A stretch of DNA of 64,000 nt from an uncultured Candidatus Rokubacteria bacterium. Lineage in GTDB: Bacteria > Methylomirabilota > Methylomirabilia > Rokubacteriales > DASRDR01. Both the position numbers and the translations under genes were made by a program. The stretch lies in the NCBI GenBank assembly GCA_963708025.1, contig CAVPSB010000013.1, forward strand, positions 544,001-608,000. The letters are read 5' to 3'. The stretch's first letter is position 1; each line of letters opens with the position of its first letter. The notes beneath the pieces are model-generated. The model saw nothing but the letters and a program-made list of their open reading frames with translations. It ran no database searches and was not told the DNA's origin. Shown here piece by piece: positions 47,572 through 56,987 of the stretch.

Positions 47572-49143
47572 ATGAGCGCTCGCGCATTCGCCCGTGACCA
47601 CCTGAGCCGCCGGGGCTTCCTCTCCACCCTGGCCCTCGGCGCCGGCGCGGGCCTGCTGATCCGGCCCGCCGTCGTGTTCGCCGCCACGCCGAAGCGCGGG
47701 GGCCGGCTGGTGATCGGGGCCGACGTCAACCCCGTCGGCCTGGACCCCGCCCTGACCACCGCCTTCGCCTCGGTCGCCATCTACGAGCAGATGTACATGA
47801 GCCTCGGCACCCTGGAGTACCAGACGAACCGGATCGTCCCGGACCTGGCCCAGAGCTGGCGGACCGTCGACCCCCGGACCTACGAGTTCAAGCTGCGCCC
47901 GGGCGTCCGGTTCCACGGCGGCCGCGAGGTGACGGCGGAAGACGTCAAGTACACCATCGAGCGGCTGCTGGACCCCAAGGTCGCCGTCCCGCTGCGGAGC
48001 TATCTGGGCCCGGTCGATCGCGTCCAGCCCGTGGACAAGTACACGGTGCGGATCGCGATGAAGGACGTCTACGCCCCGCTGGTCAGCGTCCTCGCCGACC
48101 GCCGCCCGTGCGCGATCGTCGACCGGGACGTCGTCGAGAAGAACGGCAGCCTGGCCAACTGGGACGGCGGCAGCGGCCCCTTCAAGCTGGTCGAGTACAC
48201 GCCGGACGTCCGGGTGGTCCTGGAGCGCCACGCCGACTACTGGGAGAAGGACAAGCCCCACCTGGACCAGGTCGAGTTCCGCATCATCCCGGACGAGTCC
48301 TCGCGCCTCGCCGCCATCCGGGCCGGGGACGTTGACATGACGGTGCTGAAGGATCCCAAGAACGCGCGGCTCCTCCGGAACGACAAGAACATCGTCCTGA
48401 ACGACGTGCCCAGCTTCTGGCGGTCGGCGAGCCCGTTCAACCTCGCCCGCCCGCCGCTCAACGACGTCCGGGTGCGCCAGGCGATCAGCTACGCCATCGA
48501 CCGGCAGGAGATCATCAACACCGTCCTGTTCGGCGAAGGCGTGATCACGGGGCCCCTGCCGCCGGGCGAGGCGGAGTGGGCGATCCCGGTCAACCGGGAG
48601 AACTTCCCGACCTACTACCCGGATCTCGCCAAGAGCCGGGCCCTCCTGAAGGAGGCCGGCGTGAGCAGCCTCAAGCTCACCATCCAGGCGGCGCCCGCCT
48701 ACGCCCCCGACCTCCCGACCGCCCAGGTGCTGCAGAGCCAGCTCAAGCGGGTGGGCATCGACCTCGAGGTCACGCAGATGGAGTGGGCGGCGGTGCTGAA
48801 GGCCCAGCGGGATCGCAACTTCGACCTGAACCTCACGTTCAACACCAACCGCCCGGACCCGGACATCTACCTGTCGGTGGCCCACAGCAAGTTCAGCGCG
48901 AACTGGGGCTCGTACGCGAACCCGAAGATGGACGACCTGCTCGAGCGCGGGCGCGTCACCACGGACCTCGCCGAGCGCAAGCGGATCTACGCCGACGTCC
49001 AGCGCCTCTTCGCCACCGAGGTGCCCTACCTCTTCCTGTACGTGATCAAGAACTACGAGCCGGCCCGGCAACACGTGAAGGGCTACACGCCGATGGCGTC
49101 CGGCTACCGGCTGGCCCTGAAGGAGACCTGGCTGGACAAGTAG
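47572..49143 (+). CDS. ABC substrate-binding protein family 5 (DppA-like), Tat signal
   Basis: SRRGFL, PDLAQSW..YEFKLRPGVRFHGG and RVRQAISYAIDR motifs; GGGAGG RBS. Confidence 0.92.
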   Translation: MSARAFARDHLSRRGFLSTLALGAGAGLLIRPAVVFAATPKRGGRLVIGADVNPVGLDPALTTAFASVAIYEQMYMSLGTLEYQTNRIVPDLAQSWRTVDPRTYEFKLRPGVRFHGGREVTAEDVKYTIERLLDPKVAVPLRSYLGPVDRVQPVDKYTVRIAMKDVYAPLVSVLADRRPCAIVDRDVVEKNGSLANWDGGSGPFKLVEYTPDVRVVLERHADYWEKDKPHLDQVEFRIIPDESSRLAAIRAGDVDMTVLKDPKNARLLRNDKNIVLNDVPSFWRSASPFNLARPPLNDVRVRQAISYAIDRQEIINTVLFGEGVITGPLPPGEAEWAIPVNRENFPTYYPDLAKSRALLKEAGVSSLKLTIQAAPAYAPDLPTAQVLQSQLKRVGIDLEVTQMEWAAVLKAQRDRNFDLNLTFNTNRPDPDIYLSVAHSKFSANWGSYANPKMDDLLERGRVTTDLAERKRIYADVQRLFATEVPYLFLYVIKNYEPARQHVKGYTPMASGYRLALKETWLDK

Positions 49144-49144
49144 C

Positions 49145-50092
49145 GTGGTCCGCGTCGCGCGCCGGGTGCTGACCGTCCTGCCGGTCCTCTTCGGGGTGTC
49201 GGTGGCGGTCTTCCTGATGATCCGGCTGGTCCCCGGCGACGTGGTGGACGTCCTGCTGGGCACCGAAGGGGTGGCCAGCCCCCAGCGGCTGGCCGAGCTG
49301 CGCCGGCTGTTCGGGCTCGATCGGCCCTTCTACGCCCAGTACGCCGACTGGGTCGGTCGCATGCTGGTCGGGGACCTCGGGACGTCGCTACGGACCGGCC
49401 GGCCCATCCTCCCCGACGTACTGGCGCGCCTGCCGGTGACGATCCAGCTCACAGGCACCGCCATGGTCATCTCGCTCCTCCTCGGGCTGCCGTTCGGCGT
49501 CATCTCGGCCGTCCGGCGGCACACCGCCCTTGACTCGGTGGTCCGGGTCGCGGGCCTCGTCGGGCTCTCGATGCCGAACTTCTGGCTGGCGGCCATGCTG
49601 GTCCTCTTCGTGTCGCTGTACTGGCGCATCCTGCCGACCTCCGGCTACGTGTACCCGAGCCAGGACCTGGTGGGCAGCTTCCGGTCGGTGCTCCTCCCCG
49701 CCCTCGCCCTCGGGGTCGCCAACATGGCCATCCTGATGCGGATGACGCGCTCCAGCCTGCTGGAGGTGCTGCGCCAGGACTACATCACCACGGCCCGCGC
49801 CAAGGGCGTCGGCGAGAAGCGGGTCATCTACCGCCACGCGCTCCGGAACGCCCTGATCCCGGTGGTCACGGTGGCCGGCGTCCAGGTCGGCTACCTGCTC
49901 GGCGGCGCGATCATCATCGAGCAGATCTTCGCCCTGCCCGGCGTCGGGACGCTGGTGCTGAACGCCATCACCCAGCGCGACTACCCGCTCCTCCAGGCCG
50001 CGATGCTCTTCATCGCCTTCGCGTTCCCGATCGTGAACCTCGTCATCGACCTCCTGTACAGCTATCTCGATCCGCGGGTCCGCTATGACTGA
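49145..50092 (+). CDS. ABC permease DppB-like
   Basis: GDLGTS, DYITTARAKG and RDYPLLQ motifs. Confidence 0.92.
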   Translation: MVRVARRVLTVLPVLFGVSVAVFLMIRLVPGDVVDVLLGTEGVASPQRLAELRRLFGLDRPFYAQYADWVGRMLVGDLGTSLRTGRPILPDVLARLPVTIQLTGTAMVISLLLGLPFGVISAVRRHTALDSVVRVAGLVGLSMPNFWLAAMLVLFVSLYWRILPTSGYVYPSQDLVGSFRSVLLPALALGVANMAILMRMTRSSLLEVLRQDYITTARAKGVGEKRVIYRHALRNALIPVVTVAGVQVGYLLGGAIIIEQIFALPGVGTLVLNAITQRDYPLLQAAMLFIAFAFPIVNLVIDLLYSYLDPRVRYD

Positions 50093-50969
50093 CGCCGGCC
50101 CCGCGCCGGACCTCGACGCCTCGCCGGCCGATCGCGACCGCGGCGGCCGGATCCCGGGGCGGCGGTGGCGCAACCCGCTGACCGTGGTCGGCGCGCTGAT
50201 CCTCGCGCTGGTGGCGCTCTCCGCGACGCTCGCCCCCGTGCTCGGCGTCCACGACCCTCTCGAGATGAACCCGCAGCGGCTGCTCGAGAACCCCAGCCGG
50301 GACCACCCGCTGGGGACGGACGAGTTCGGCCGGGACATCCTGAGCCGCGTCATCTGGGGCGCCCGCATCTCGCTCTACGTCAGCGCCAGCTCGGTCGCCC
50401 TGGCCCTGGTCCTCGGCGCGACGCTGGGGATCGTAGCGGGTCTCTACGGCCGGCCGGTCGACGACCTGATCTCGCGAGTGCTGGAGGTGGTGTTCGCCTT
50501 TCCGGGGGTGCTCCTGGCCCTCGGCATCGTGGGCCTGCTGGGGCCGAGCGTCCGGAACGTCGTCATCGCCATCGGGGTGGTGTACACGCCGGTGTTCGGC
50601 CGCCTGGCGCGCGCGACCGTGCTGGCGGCGAAGGAGCGGGACTACGTCGAGGCGGCGCGCGGCTGCGGCGCCAGCGACCTCCGGCTGGTCGGCCGTCACC
50701 TCCTCCCGAACATCACCGCCCCGCTGATCGTCCAGACCAGCCTCAGCCTGTCCCACGCGATCCTCGCCGAGGCCAGCCTGAGCTTCCTCGGGCTCGGCAC
50801 CCAGCCGCCGGCCGCCTCCTGGGGGACCATGATCAACACGGGGCAGCGGCTCATCGAGTTCTCACCCTGGGTCGCCGTGTTCCCGGGCCTCGCCATCATG
50901 CTGGCCGTGCTCGCCTTCAACCTCCTGGGCGACGGCCTCCGCGACGCCCTTGACCCCCGGCTGCGTTGA
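50085..50969 (+). CDS. ABC permease DppC-like
   Basis: LGTDEFGRDILSRVIWGARISL and LSFLGLG motifs. Confidence 0.92.
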   Translation: MTDAGPAPDLDASPADRDRGGRIPGRRWRNPLTVVGALILALVALSATLAPVLGVHDPLEMNPQRLLENPSRDHPLGTDEFGRDILSRVIWGARISLYVSASSVALALVLGATLGIVAGLYGRPVDDLISRVLEVVFAFPGVLLALGIVGLLGPSVRNVVIAIGVVYTPVFGRLARATVLAAKERDYVEAARGCGASDLRLVGRHLLPNITAPLIVQTSLSLSHAILAEASLSFLGLGTQPPAASWGTMINTGQRLIEFSPWVAVFPGLAIMLAVLAFNLLGDGLRDALDPRLR

Positions 50970-50995
50970 TCACCTCATTGACCGCGCGCTGAAAG

Positions 50996-51424
50996 TTAGC
51001 CGGCCTCCGCGGCTCGGGCGATGAACCACTCCACCACGCCCGATAGAACCACCATCCCACCCTCATCCACGACCTCGACACTCACTCCGATCAGCGCACG
51101 ACCCTTGGCCTGCAGCTCCACCGACAACCGGTTCAACGCGTCTTCCTCGACCGATGCCCGCGCCGAGACGCGGCCTCGCGCCGGTTTTCGGAACTTCGCC
51201 TCCAGCCGACGGACCACCGGAACATACCCGGCCACCCCCCCGAAGTGCCGCAGCAGGAACTCACCGCTGCCGGCCTCGGCAACCGCTAACAGGGCACTGG
51301 CATGGACGGTACCCAGGTGATTCGCGTACCGAGCGGATGCCGGCAGGGACACCAGGAGCCCGCTCTCGGCGGCCCCTTTCTCCAACCCGAGGAAGCGATT
51401 GAACGGTAGCGCCGTCACGTCCAT
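50996..51424 (-). CDS. Hotdog-fold thioesterase (PaaI/YiiD C-terminal-like)
   Basis: PFNRFLGL, NHLGTVHASAL and KFRKPARG motifs. Confidence 0.8.
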   Translation of the reverse strand: MDVTALPFNRFLGLEKGAAESGLLVSLPASARYANHLGTVHASALLAVAEAGSGEFLLRHFGGVAGYVPVVRRLEAKFRKPARGRVSARASVEEDALNRLSVELQAKGRALIGVSVEVVDEGGMVVLSGVVEWFIARAAEAG

Positions 51425-51501
51425 GCCGCGCCCTTCGCCGCCCGACAACAGCGATCTGAAGGCCTCGGATGCGGGACCCAGCCGTGACTCACTTTTCCTT
51501 C

Positions 51502-51957
51502 TCACAGCAGGCTGTACGCGTCGATCAGCACCCGGCGCGTCTTTCTCTCCGCCGTGGCCACGGCGATCGTCCCGTTCAGCCACGCCAGTTGCGGCGCACC
51601 CGTCTCGAAGCGCATCGTCGTGCGGAAGAAATACGTCGCCGGGTCCACGTCCTCGCCGCGCGCCAGCGCCGCCAGAACCTCGCTCGGTCCGCGGCGGTAC
51701 CCCTGGCTCACCACGCGGACGAGACCCCCGCCCTGCTCCTTCAGCGCGTAGCGCGCGTCGAGGTCGAGCACCCCGTCCCGGCGCGCGATCTGCCAGTCGG
51801 CGCCCCCCGGCAGCACCTCGCCGCGCATCCGGGGCCCTTCGAACGTGCCGCCCACGATGTTGACCACGCGCCGCTCGCCGAGCGGCGCGTGGCCCATCGA
51901 CACGAGCTCGCCGACGTTGACCGCCAGCCTCATCAGGAACTCGAGCCGCAGCTCCAT
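51502..51957 (-). CDS. DUF3237 family protein
   Basis: GGTFEGPRMRGEVLPGGADWQ, LDARY and YFFRTTMRFETG motifs. Confidence 0.9.
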   Translation of the reverse strand: MELRLEFLMRLAVNVGELVSMGHAPLGERRVVNIVGGTFEGPRMRGEVLPGGADWQIARRDGVLDLDARYALKEQGGGLVRVVSQGYRRGPSEVLAALARGEDVDPATYFFRTTMRFETGAPQLAWLNGTIAVATAERKTRRVLIDAYSLL

Positions 51958-51969
51958 CGGCGCCGCGAC

Positions 51970-52338
51970 CTATCGATGCTCACCGAAGTACAGGGTGTGT
52001 CCCTGGTCGTCCTTGACGACGAACTCTCTCGTTCCCCAGGGGGTCGCGTGCACGTCCTGCACGAGGCGGACGCCGTTCCTCTTCAATGCGTCGGCGGCGG
52101 CCGCGGCATCGTCCGTCTCGAGATAGAGATGGAAGTGTCCGCCCCGGTCCACGAACTCGATGGAGGGGTCCTTCTCGTTGACGAGCTTCAGGTGAAAGAG
52201 CTGGCTGCCCGCCCGGATGCCCGCGTAGAAGTCCTCGTACTGGAACTCGAGCGTCAATCCCACCTTCGTGGTGTAGAAGCGAATCGACTCGGCCAGGTCC
52301 GTGGTCCGAAGCTGAGCAATCGCACTCGATATCCTCAT
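51970..52338 (-). CDS. VOC/glyoxalase family protein
   Basis: DLAESIRFYTTKVG...TPWGTREFVVKDDQGHTLYFG. Confidence 0.88.
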   Translation of the reverse strand: MRISSAIAQLRTTDLAESIRFYTTKVGLTLEFQYEDFYAGIRAGSQLFHLKLVNEKDPSIEFVDRGGHFHLYLETDDAAAAADALKRNGVRLVQDVHATPWGTREFVVKDDQGHTLYFGEHR

Positions 52339-52381
52339 CCTACCTCCGACTCGACGAGCCTCACGGAGTGGACGACGGGGC

Positions 52382-52836
52382 TCATGACACCAGCTTCTCC
52401 CACGTGAAGACGCCGACGACCGCTTTCCGTCGGCCCCTGGCTGCCGATTGGTGCTCATGATCAGCCGATGGCCATCGAGCCTCAGGTTCCGGATCTGAGC
52501 CGTGCCCGTCCAGACCTCGTTCCACGCGATCTCCACGTGATGCGTGGCCGCCTTGCCGTCGAACGTGAACGAGCCCGCGTAGGCGATCATCGTGTCGTAC
52601 AGCTCGGCCCGCTCCGGGTCGGTCAACCTCGCCAGGTCAGCCGGCTTCGCACGGTTCTCCTTGGCCATGATGAAGGACACCCGGCCGTCACGGCCGTAGC
52701 TCAGGAATCCGCGCGGCGCCTTGCCAAACGCCTCGACCGTCTCCCCCGTGTCCAGGAGCTGGCGCGACCAGCTGACCAGTCGCCAGGTGCCGTACAGCTG
52801 CTCGACCGTCAAGGCCGACGTCGCCGCGCCGCCCAT
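52382..52836 (-). CDS. Lipocalin-like domain protein (frameshift near 52420)
   Basis: LYGTWRLVSW, FGKAPRGFLSY and IAYAGSF motifs; C-terminus VFTWEKLVS* in another frame. Confidence 0.8.
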
Positions 52837-52977
52837 GGGGTCCCTCCTTCGATTGACGACGGTCGGTTCCCCGCCAGACGACCGCGCGCGTGGTCAAGCA
52901 TCCGTGAACCACCGTCCTCGAAGTTGTGGGCCACGCCGTCCTCGGAACTGTGCGGGTTCGGGTGTACCATGAGCCTC

Positions 52978-53205
52978 ATGGCGAGGGCAGACTCTGTCGT
53001 CCACTGTGACCCCGAGATTCTAGGGGGCACGCCAGTGTTCCGCGGGACCCGGGTGCCCATGAAGAACCTCATCGACTACCTGGCTGCCGGGGACACCTTG
53101 GATCAGTTTCTCGACGATTTCCCCAGCGTGAGCCGTGAACAGGCGGTTGCCGCCCTCGAACTCGCCAGAGACCTGCTGACCGCCGGTGCGCATCCTCCTC
53201 GATGA
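52978..53205 (+). CDS. DUF433 antitoxin (second copy)
   Basis: HCDPEILGGTPVFRGTRVP...LDQFLDDFPSV. Confidence 0.9.
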   Translation: MARADSVVHCDPEILGGTPVFRGTRVPMKNLIDYLAAGDTLDQFLDDFPSVSREQAVAALELARDLLTAGAHPPR

Positions 53206-53506
53206 GTCCTTGCCACGGCCGCTCGCTCGGCTCCTGCCTGAGCACGATGTCCGGACCGTGGCGGCGATGGGCTGGACAGGCATTCGAAACAGCGAACTGC
53301 TGAAGCTGGCAGCGAGTGGCTTCGATGTCTTCCTGACGGCGGATCAGAATCTCGAGCATCAGCAGAACCCTGACTCCCTCCCGGTTGCCGTGGTGGTTCT
53401 CATGGCGCCGACAAACCGGATTGAATCGCTACGACCCCTGATTCCCGCTCTGCTCAGAACTCTCGAAAGCCTGGTACCGAGGCGACTGGTTCACGTCGGG
53501 ACCTAG
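53186..53506 (+). CDS. DUF5615 PIN-like toxin (second copy)
   Basis: MRILLDESLP...FLTADQNLEHQQN. Confidence 0.9.
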   Translation: MRILLDESLPRPLARLLPEHDVRTVAAMGWTGIRNSELLKLAASGFDVFLTADQNLEHQQNPDSLPVAVVVLMAPTNRIESLRPLIPALLRTLESLVPRRLVHVGT

Positions 53507-54096
53507 CGTCGGCGTTGGGCAGCGGCTCGCCGTCCGCTCCGACGGCAGGCGGGGCTTGCTCTTAGCCCTTGGACCGCTTCGACAACGACCCGAGTGCCAG
53601 CCTTGGCCGGGGAATCCACGAGCTTTTGCGTTATACGGAGCTCGGCAAGATCACGCTTGCCGTCGTCTCTGATGGCGCCGAAGTAGTAGAGCAGGCGGCG
53701 ATCGCGCCGTCCTAGAGTCGAGGCCTTCAAAGCGTCAACCAGCGGCTTGACACACAGGTTGTCCTCGGCGTACTCCGAGGAGTCGAAGCGGATGACATGC
53801 ACCCGGGCCGGGAGATTGGGCAGCCATCTAATCTTGCCCGTTGCCCGTTGCAGCAGATCGACCCAGAGGCGAACAGACTGCCGCGAGCGGCAATCGACGA
53901 ACTCTTGGAGAGTCGGAACCGCAAGCGGCAACCAGACATCGAGGAGGCCACTACCGATCCACGCCTCCGGGATACTAGAGGTCGGGGTGTACGCCAGCGC
54001 GGCCCGCACGGCGAACAGATCCTCTTCGAGCGCGATGCGAGTAGGACGGAACCGCCTCGGACCGTTGTAGTACAACTCGTCTAGGAGATCGCCCAT
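53503..54096 (-). CDS. Hypothetical protein with a RusA-like nuclease motif
   Basis: EDNLCVKPLVDALK...FGAIRDDG resembles RusA DxDNxxKxxxDAL...GxxxDD; lower GC than flanks. Confidence 0.55.
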   Translation of the reverse strand: MGDLLDELYYNGPRRFRPTRIALEEDLFAVRAALAYTPTSSIPEAWIGSGLLDVWLPLAVPTLQEFVDCRSRQSVRLWVDLLQRATGKIRWLPNLPARVHVIRFDSSEYAEDNLCVKPLVDALKASTLGRRDRRLLYYFGAIRDDGKRDLAELRITQKLVDSPAKAGTRVVVEAVQGLRASPACRRSGRRAAAQRRR

Positions 54097-54198
54097 CGCT
54101 GGCGGTTCCTCATGAGAGTCCAGGGCCTGGCATCACTCGCTAACCGCGCACCGGGCCGTCGGGTCGATCACCGGGCGCGACCAAACGGCCGGGAGCCA

Positions 54199-54960
54199 TC
54201 AGCGGCGCTCGGCCGGTCCCGTGAGGTGGGCGATCACCTCGCGCTGGTAGTCGAGGAACTCGACCCGCAGGGGGTCGCGCAGCCGCGGCAGGCGGATCGG
54301 GAGCTCCGTCTTCACCGTCCCCGGGTGGGGGCTGACGATGACGATCCGGTCGGCCAGGTAGACCGCCTCCGCCACGTTGTGGGTGACGTAGACCACGGTC
54401 TTCTTCGTCTCCTGCCACACCTCCACCAGCAGCCGCTGCATCTCCTCCCGGGTCATCGCGTCGAGCGCCGCGAACGGCTCGTCCATCAGCAGGACCGACG
54501 GGTTGTAGGCCAGCGCCCGTGCGATCGCCACCCGCTGCTGCATCCCGCCCGAGAGCTGGTGGGGATAGGCGTCGGCGAACGCCTCGAGCTTCACCAGCCC
54601 CAGGTAGCGCCGGGCCGTTTCCCGCCGCTCGACGGCGGGGACGCTCCGCATCTCGAGGCCGAACTCCACGTTCCGCTGCGCCGTCCGCCAGGGAAAGAGC
54701 TGGGCGAAATCCTGGAAGACGATCCCCCGGTCGCCCCCCTTTCCGGCCACCGCCTGGCCGCCCAGCAGGATCTCCCCCCGGGTGGGGCTGAGGAAGCCGG
54801 CCAGGAGGTTCAGGAGGGTCGTCTTGCCGCAGCCCGACTGGCCGAGCACGCAGACGAACTCCGAGGCGCCCACGCTGAAGCTCACGTCCTGGAGCGCCGT
54901 GACGCGCCGGTCGCCGGCGTCGTACTCGTGGGTGACGTGGCGGACGTCGATCCGGCTCAT
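54199..54960 (-). CDS. ABC ATP-binding protein (TauB/SsuB-like)
   Basis: GQSGCGKTT, LFPWRT, YPHQLSGGMQQRV and LLMDEPF motifs. Confidence 0.92.
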   Translation of the reverse strand: MSRIDVRHVTHEYDAGDRRVTALQDVSFSVGASEFVCVLGQSGCGKTTLLNLLAGFLSPTRGEILLGGQAVAGKGGDRGIVFQDFAQLFPWRTAQRNVEFGLEMRSVPAVERRETARRYLGLVKLEAFADAYPHQLSGGMQQRVAIARALAYNPSVLLMDEPFAALDAMTREEMQRLLVEVWQETKKTVVYVTHNVAEAVYLADRIVIVSPHPGTVKTELPIRLPRLRDPLRVEFLDYQREVIAHLTGPAERR

Positions 54961-55652
54961 CGCGGCTTGACGCAGCGGCCCATGAGGAACCATGGAATGC
55001 GGCAGCCCTGCCGCGCGCCGCTTCGCGGGTCGGCCGGCTCGCGGAGAGCCTCGACGAGGAGGCCGGCGGCCTCGAATGCGCGCGCGTACGCCTCCAGCGG
55101 GTAGCACCAGCCGCGAAATGTGATCGCGAGGCCGGCCCGGGCGAACGTCCCCTCGTAGGGCCGGCGGGCACCGAGGTAGGAGCCGGGCACGACGAAGGCA
55201 GCGTCGGCCTCACGGCTCGCGAACCGTCCGGCGTCCATGAACGGGTGCGTCACGCAGAAGCCGAGATGCCCTCCCGCTTCCAGCACGCGCCCCGCCTCCC
55301 TCACCGATCCGGGCATGTCCTCCACGTCCATCAGCGAGTTGTAGGCCACGACCAGGTCGAACTCGCCGTCCCGGAACGGCAGTGCCGCCGCATCCGCTCG
55401 GACGTACCGGCCGCCGGCGTCGGCCGCCGCCGCGTGGCGGAGGAGCGTCGGCGAGCGGTCCAGGCCCACGACGCGGTGGCCACGCGCCGTCAGGTCGCGC
55501 GCGACCCGGCCCTCGCCGCAGCCGACCTCCAGCGTCCGCCGGCCGGGCGGCGGCAGCAGCGGGAAGAACGCGTCGCGATAGGACCAGTAGGCGTCGTGGC
55601 CAGGCGCGCGGGCCCACGCCAGCCAGTTCCCGGCCTGGTCCTCCCAGCTCAT
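54957..55652 (-). CDS. Class I SAM-dependent methyltransferase
   Basis: LEVGCGEG, GLDRS and DAAALPFRDGEFDLV motifs. Confidence 0.88.
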   Translation of the reverse strand: MSWEDQAGNWLAWARAPGHDAYWSYRDAFFPLLPPPGRRTLEVGCGEGRVARDLTARGHRVVGLDRSPTLLRHAAAADAGGRYVRADAAALPFRDGEFDLVVAYNSLMDVEDMPGSVREAGRVLEAGGHLGFCVTHPFMDAGRFASREADAAFVVPGSYLGARRPYEGTFARAGLAITFRGWCYPLEAYARAFEAAGLLVEALREPADPRSGARQGCRIPWFLMGRCVKPR

Positions 55653-55877
55653 CGCCGCCCACATAGTAGACGATCGTCGGGGCCCTCGGTAGCTGCCGGG
55701 CGTGGCGCCCCGCGGTGGTCCGGAGCGCCGGGTCGGGTCGGCGGGCCGATGGACGCGCCGGGTCCGCTTGACTACAATTGGTCCGTCGCCCGGACGATCG
55801 GATCCGCGGCGGCACCCGAGCTGTCCCACCGCTGCCAGAGGCGACGCCGTCGGCGAGACGCCGTGGAGGGAACCAGG

Positions 55878-56987
55878 ATGAGCCGCATGCCCACGCAATT
55901 CACTCGGCGAGAGCTCCTGACGACGACCGCCAAGGGGATGGGCCTCCTGGCCCTGGCCCAGGTCGGCGGCGTCCAGATCGGCGTCGGCCGGGCCCACGCC
56001 GCCGAGAAGCTGACCCTCTTCGTGTTCTCGGGCCTCAACCTCCCGGTCACCGCCAAGGAGGTCGCCAAGGCCTACATGGACGCCAACCCCGGCGTGACCA
56101 TCGAGGTCCTGGAGGGGCAGAACTTCGAGGTCTACCCGAAGATGGCCGCCACCCGCAAGCTCACCCCGGACCAGCCCCTCGTCCATCTGGGCTACAGCAA
56201 CACCCAGTTCGCCCACCAGGGCGACATCGACGACATGTGGGAGACGATCGATCCCGCCAACGTCCCCAACATCAAGAACATCGTCCCCGCCTACCACCGG
56301 CCGGCGAACCGCGGCATCGGCTTCTCGATCGCCCCGGTCGGCCTCATGTACAACACCAAGCTGGTCAATCCGGCCCCGACCTCGTGGGCCGACATGTGGA
56401 GCCCGCGCTTCAAGGGCAAGCTCACCACCCTCCGCTACGCCTGGTACATGAACGGCCTGGTCATCGCCGCCCGCATGAACGGGGGGAGCGAGAAGAACAT
56501 CGACCCCGGGTTCAAGCTCTGGTCGGAGCACGGCGATCAGTTCGTGGCCTTCGCCAACAGCAACGTGGACTGCCGCGACCTGGTCGTCCGGGGCGACGCC
56601 TGGATGGTGCCGATGTTCGGCGGCAACGTCGAGCAGTGGAAGCGCGAGGGCGCCCCGGTCGACTTCGTCATCCCCAAGGAAGGGCTGATCGCCTTTCCGC
56701 TGTTCATGATGGTGGCCAAGGGTGTGACACCGGCGCAGAAGAAGATCGCCGAGAGCGTCATCAACATGATCCTCACCGACCGGTGGCTCGCCCGCTGGGC
56801 CGAGCTGACCTTCTACGTGCCGACCACGACCACCAGCGTCGTGTCGCCGGCCCTCCGCAGCCTCAAGATGTACGACAACGCGGAGATCGCCCGCGCCGTA
56901 CAGTTCGACTGGGCCACCATCACCGCGAACGAGAAGGGGTGGCGCGAGCGGTGGGACAAGGAGGTCGTGGCCCGCATGAAATCTTGA
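55878..56987 (+). CDS. ABC substrate-binding protein (PotD-like), Tat signal
   Basis: TRRELL, GLMYNTKLV..PTSWADMW and FVIPKEG motifs. Confidence 0.9.
   Translation: MSRMPTQFTRRELLTTTAKGMGLLALAQVGGVQIGVGRAHAAEKLTLFVFSGLNLPVTAKEVAKAYMDANPGVTIEVLEGQNFEVYPKMAATRKLTPDQPLVHLGYSNTQFAHQGDIDDMWETIDPANVPNIKNIVPAYHRPANRGIGFSIAPVGLMYNTKLVNPAPTSWADMWSPRFKGKLTTLRYAWYMNGLVIAARMNGGSEKNIDPGFKLWSEHGDQFVAFANSNVDCRDLVVRGDAWMVPMFGGNVEQWKREGAPVDFVIPKEGLIAFPLFMMVAKGVTPAQKKIAESVINMILTDRWLARWAELTFYVPTTTTSVVSPALRSLKMYDNAEIARAVQFDWATITANEKGWRERWDKEVVARMKS

Noticed and set aside
46630-49143. Apparent HNH-DppA fusion (837 aa); likewise the lipocalin-VOC fusion at 51970-52836
   Set aside because: Caused by single indels. 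The downstream genes have their own RBS and start, and the upstream C-termini are found in other frames.
34057-53520. GGCTAAC/GCCCAAC at the ends of small genes (34057, 50995, 53514) as attC R'' boxes
   Set aside because: No matching L boxes or R' site follow them. Suggestive given the attC at 36598 but not supportable alone.
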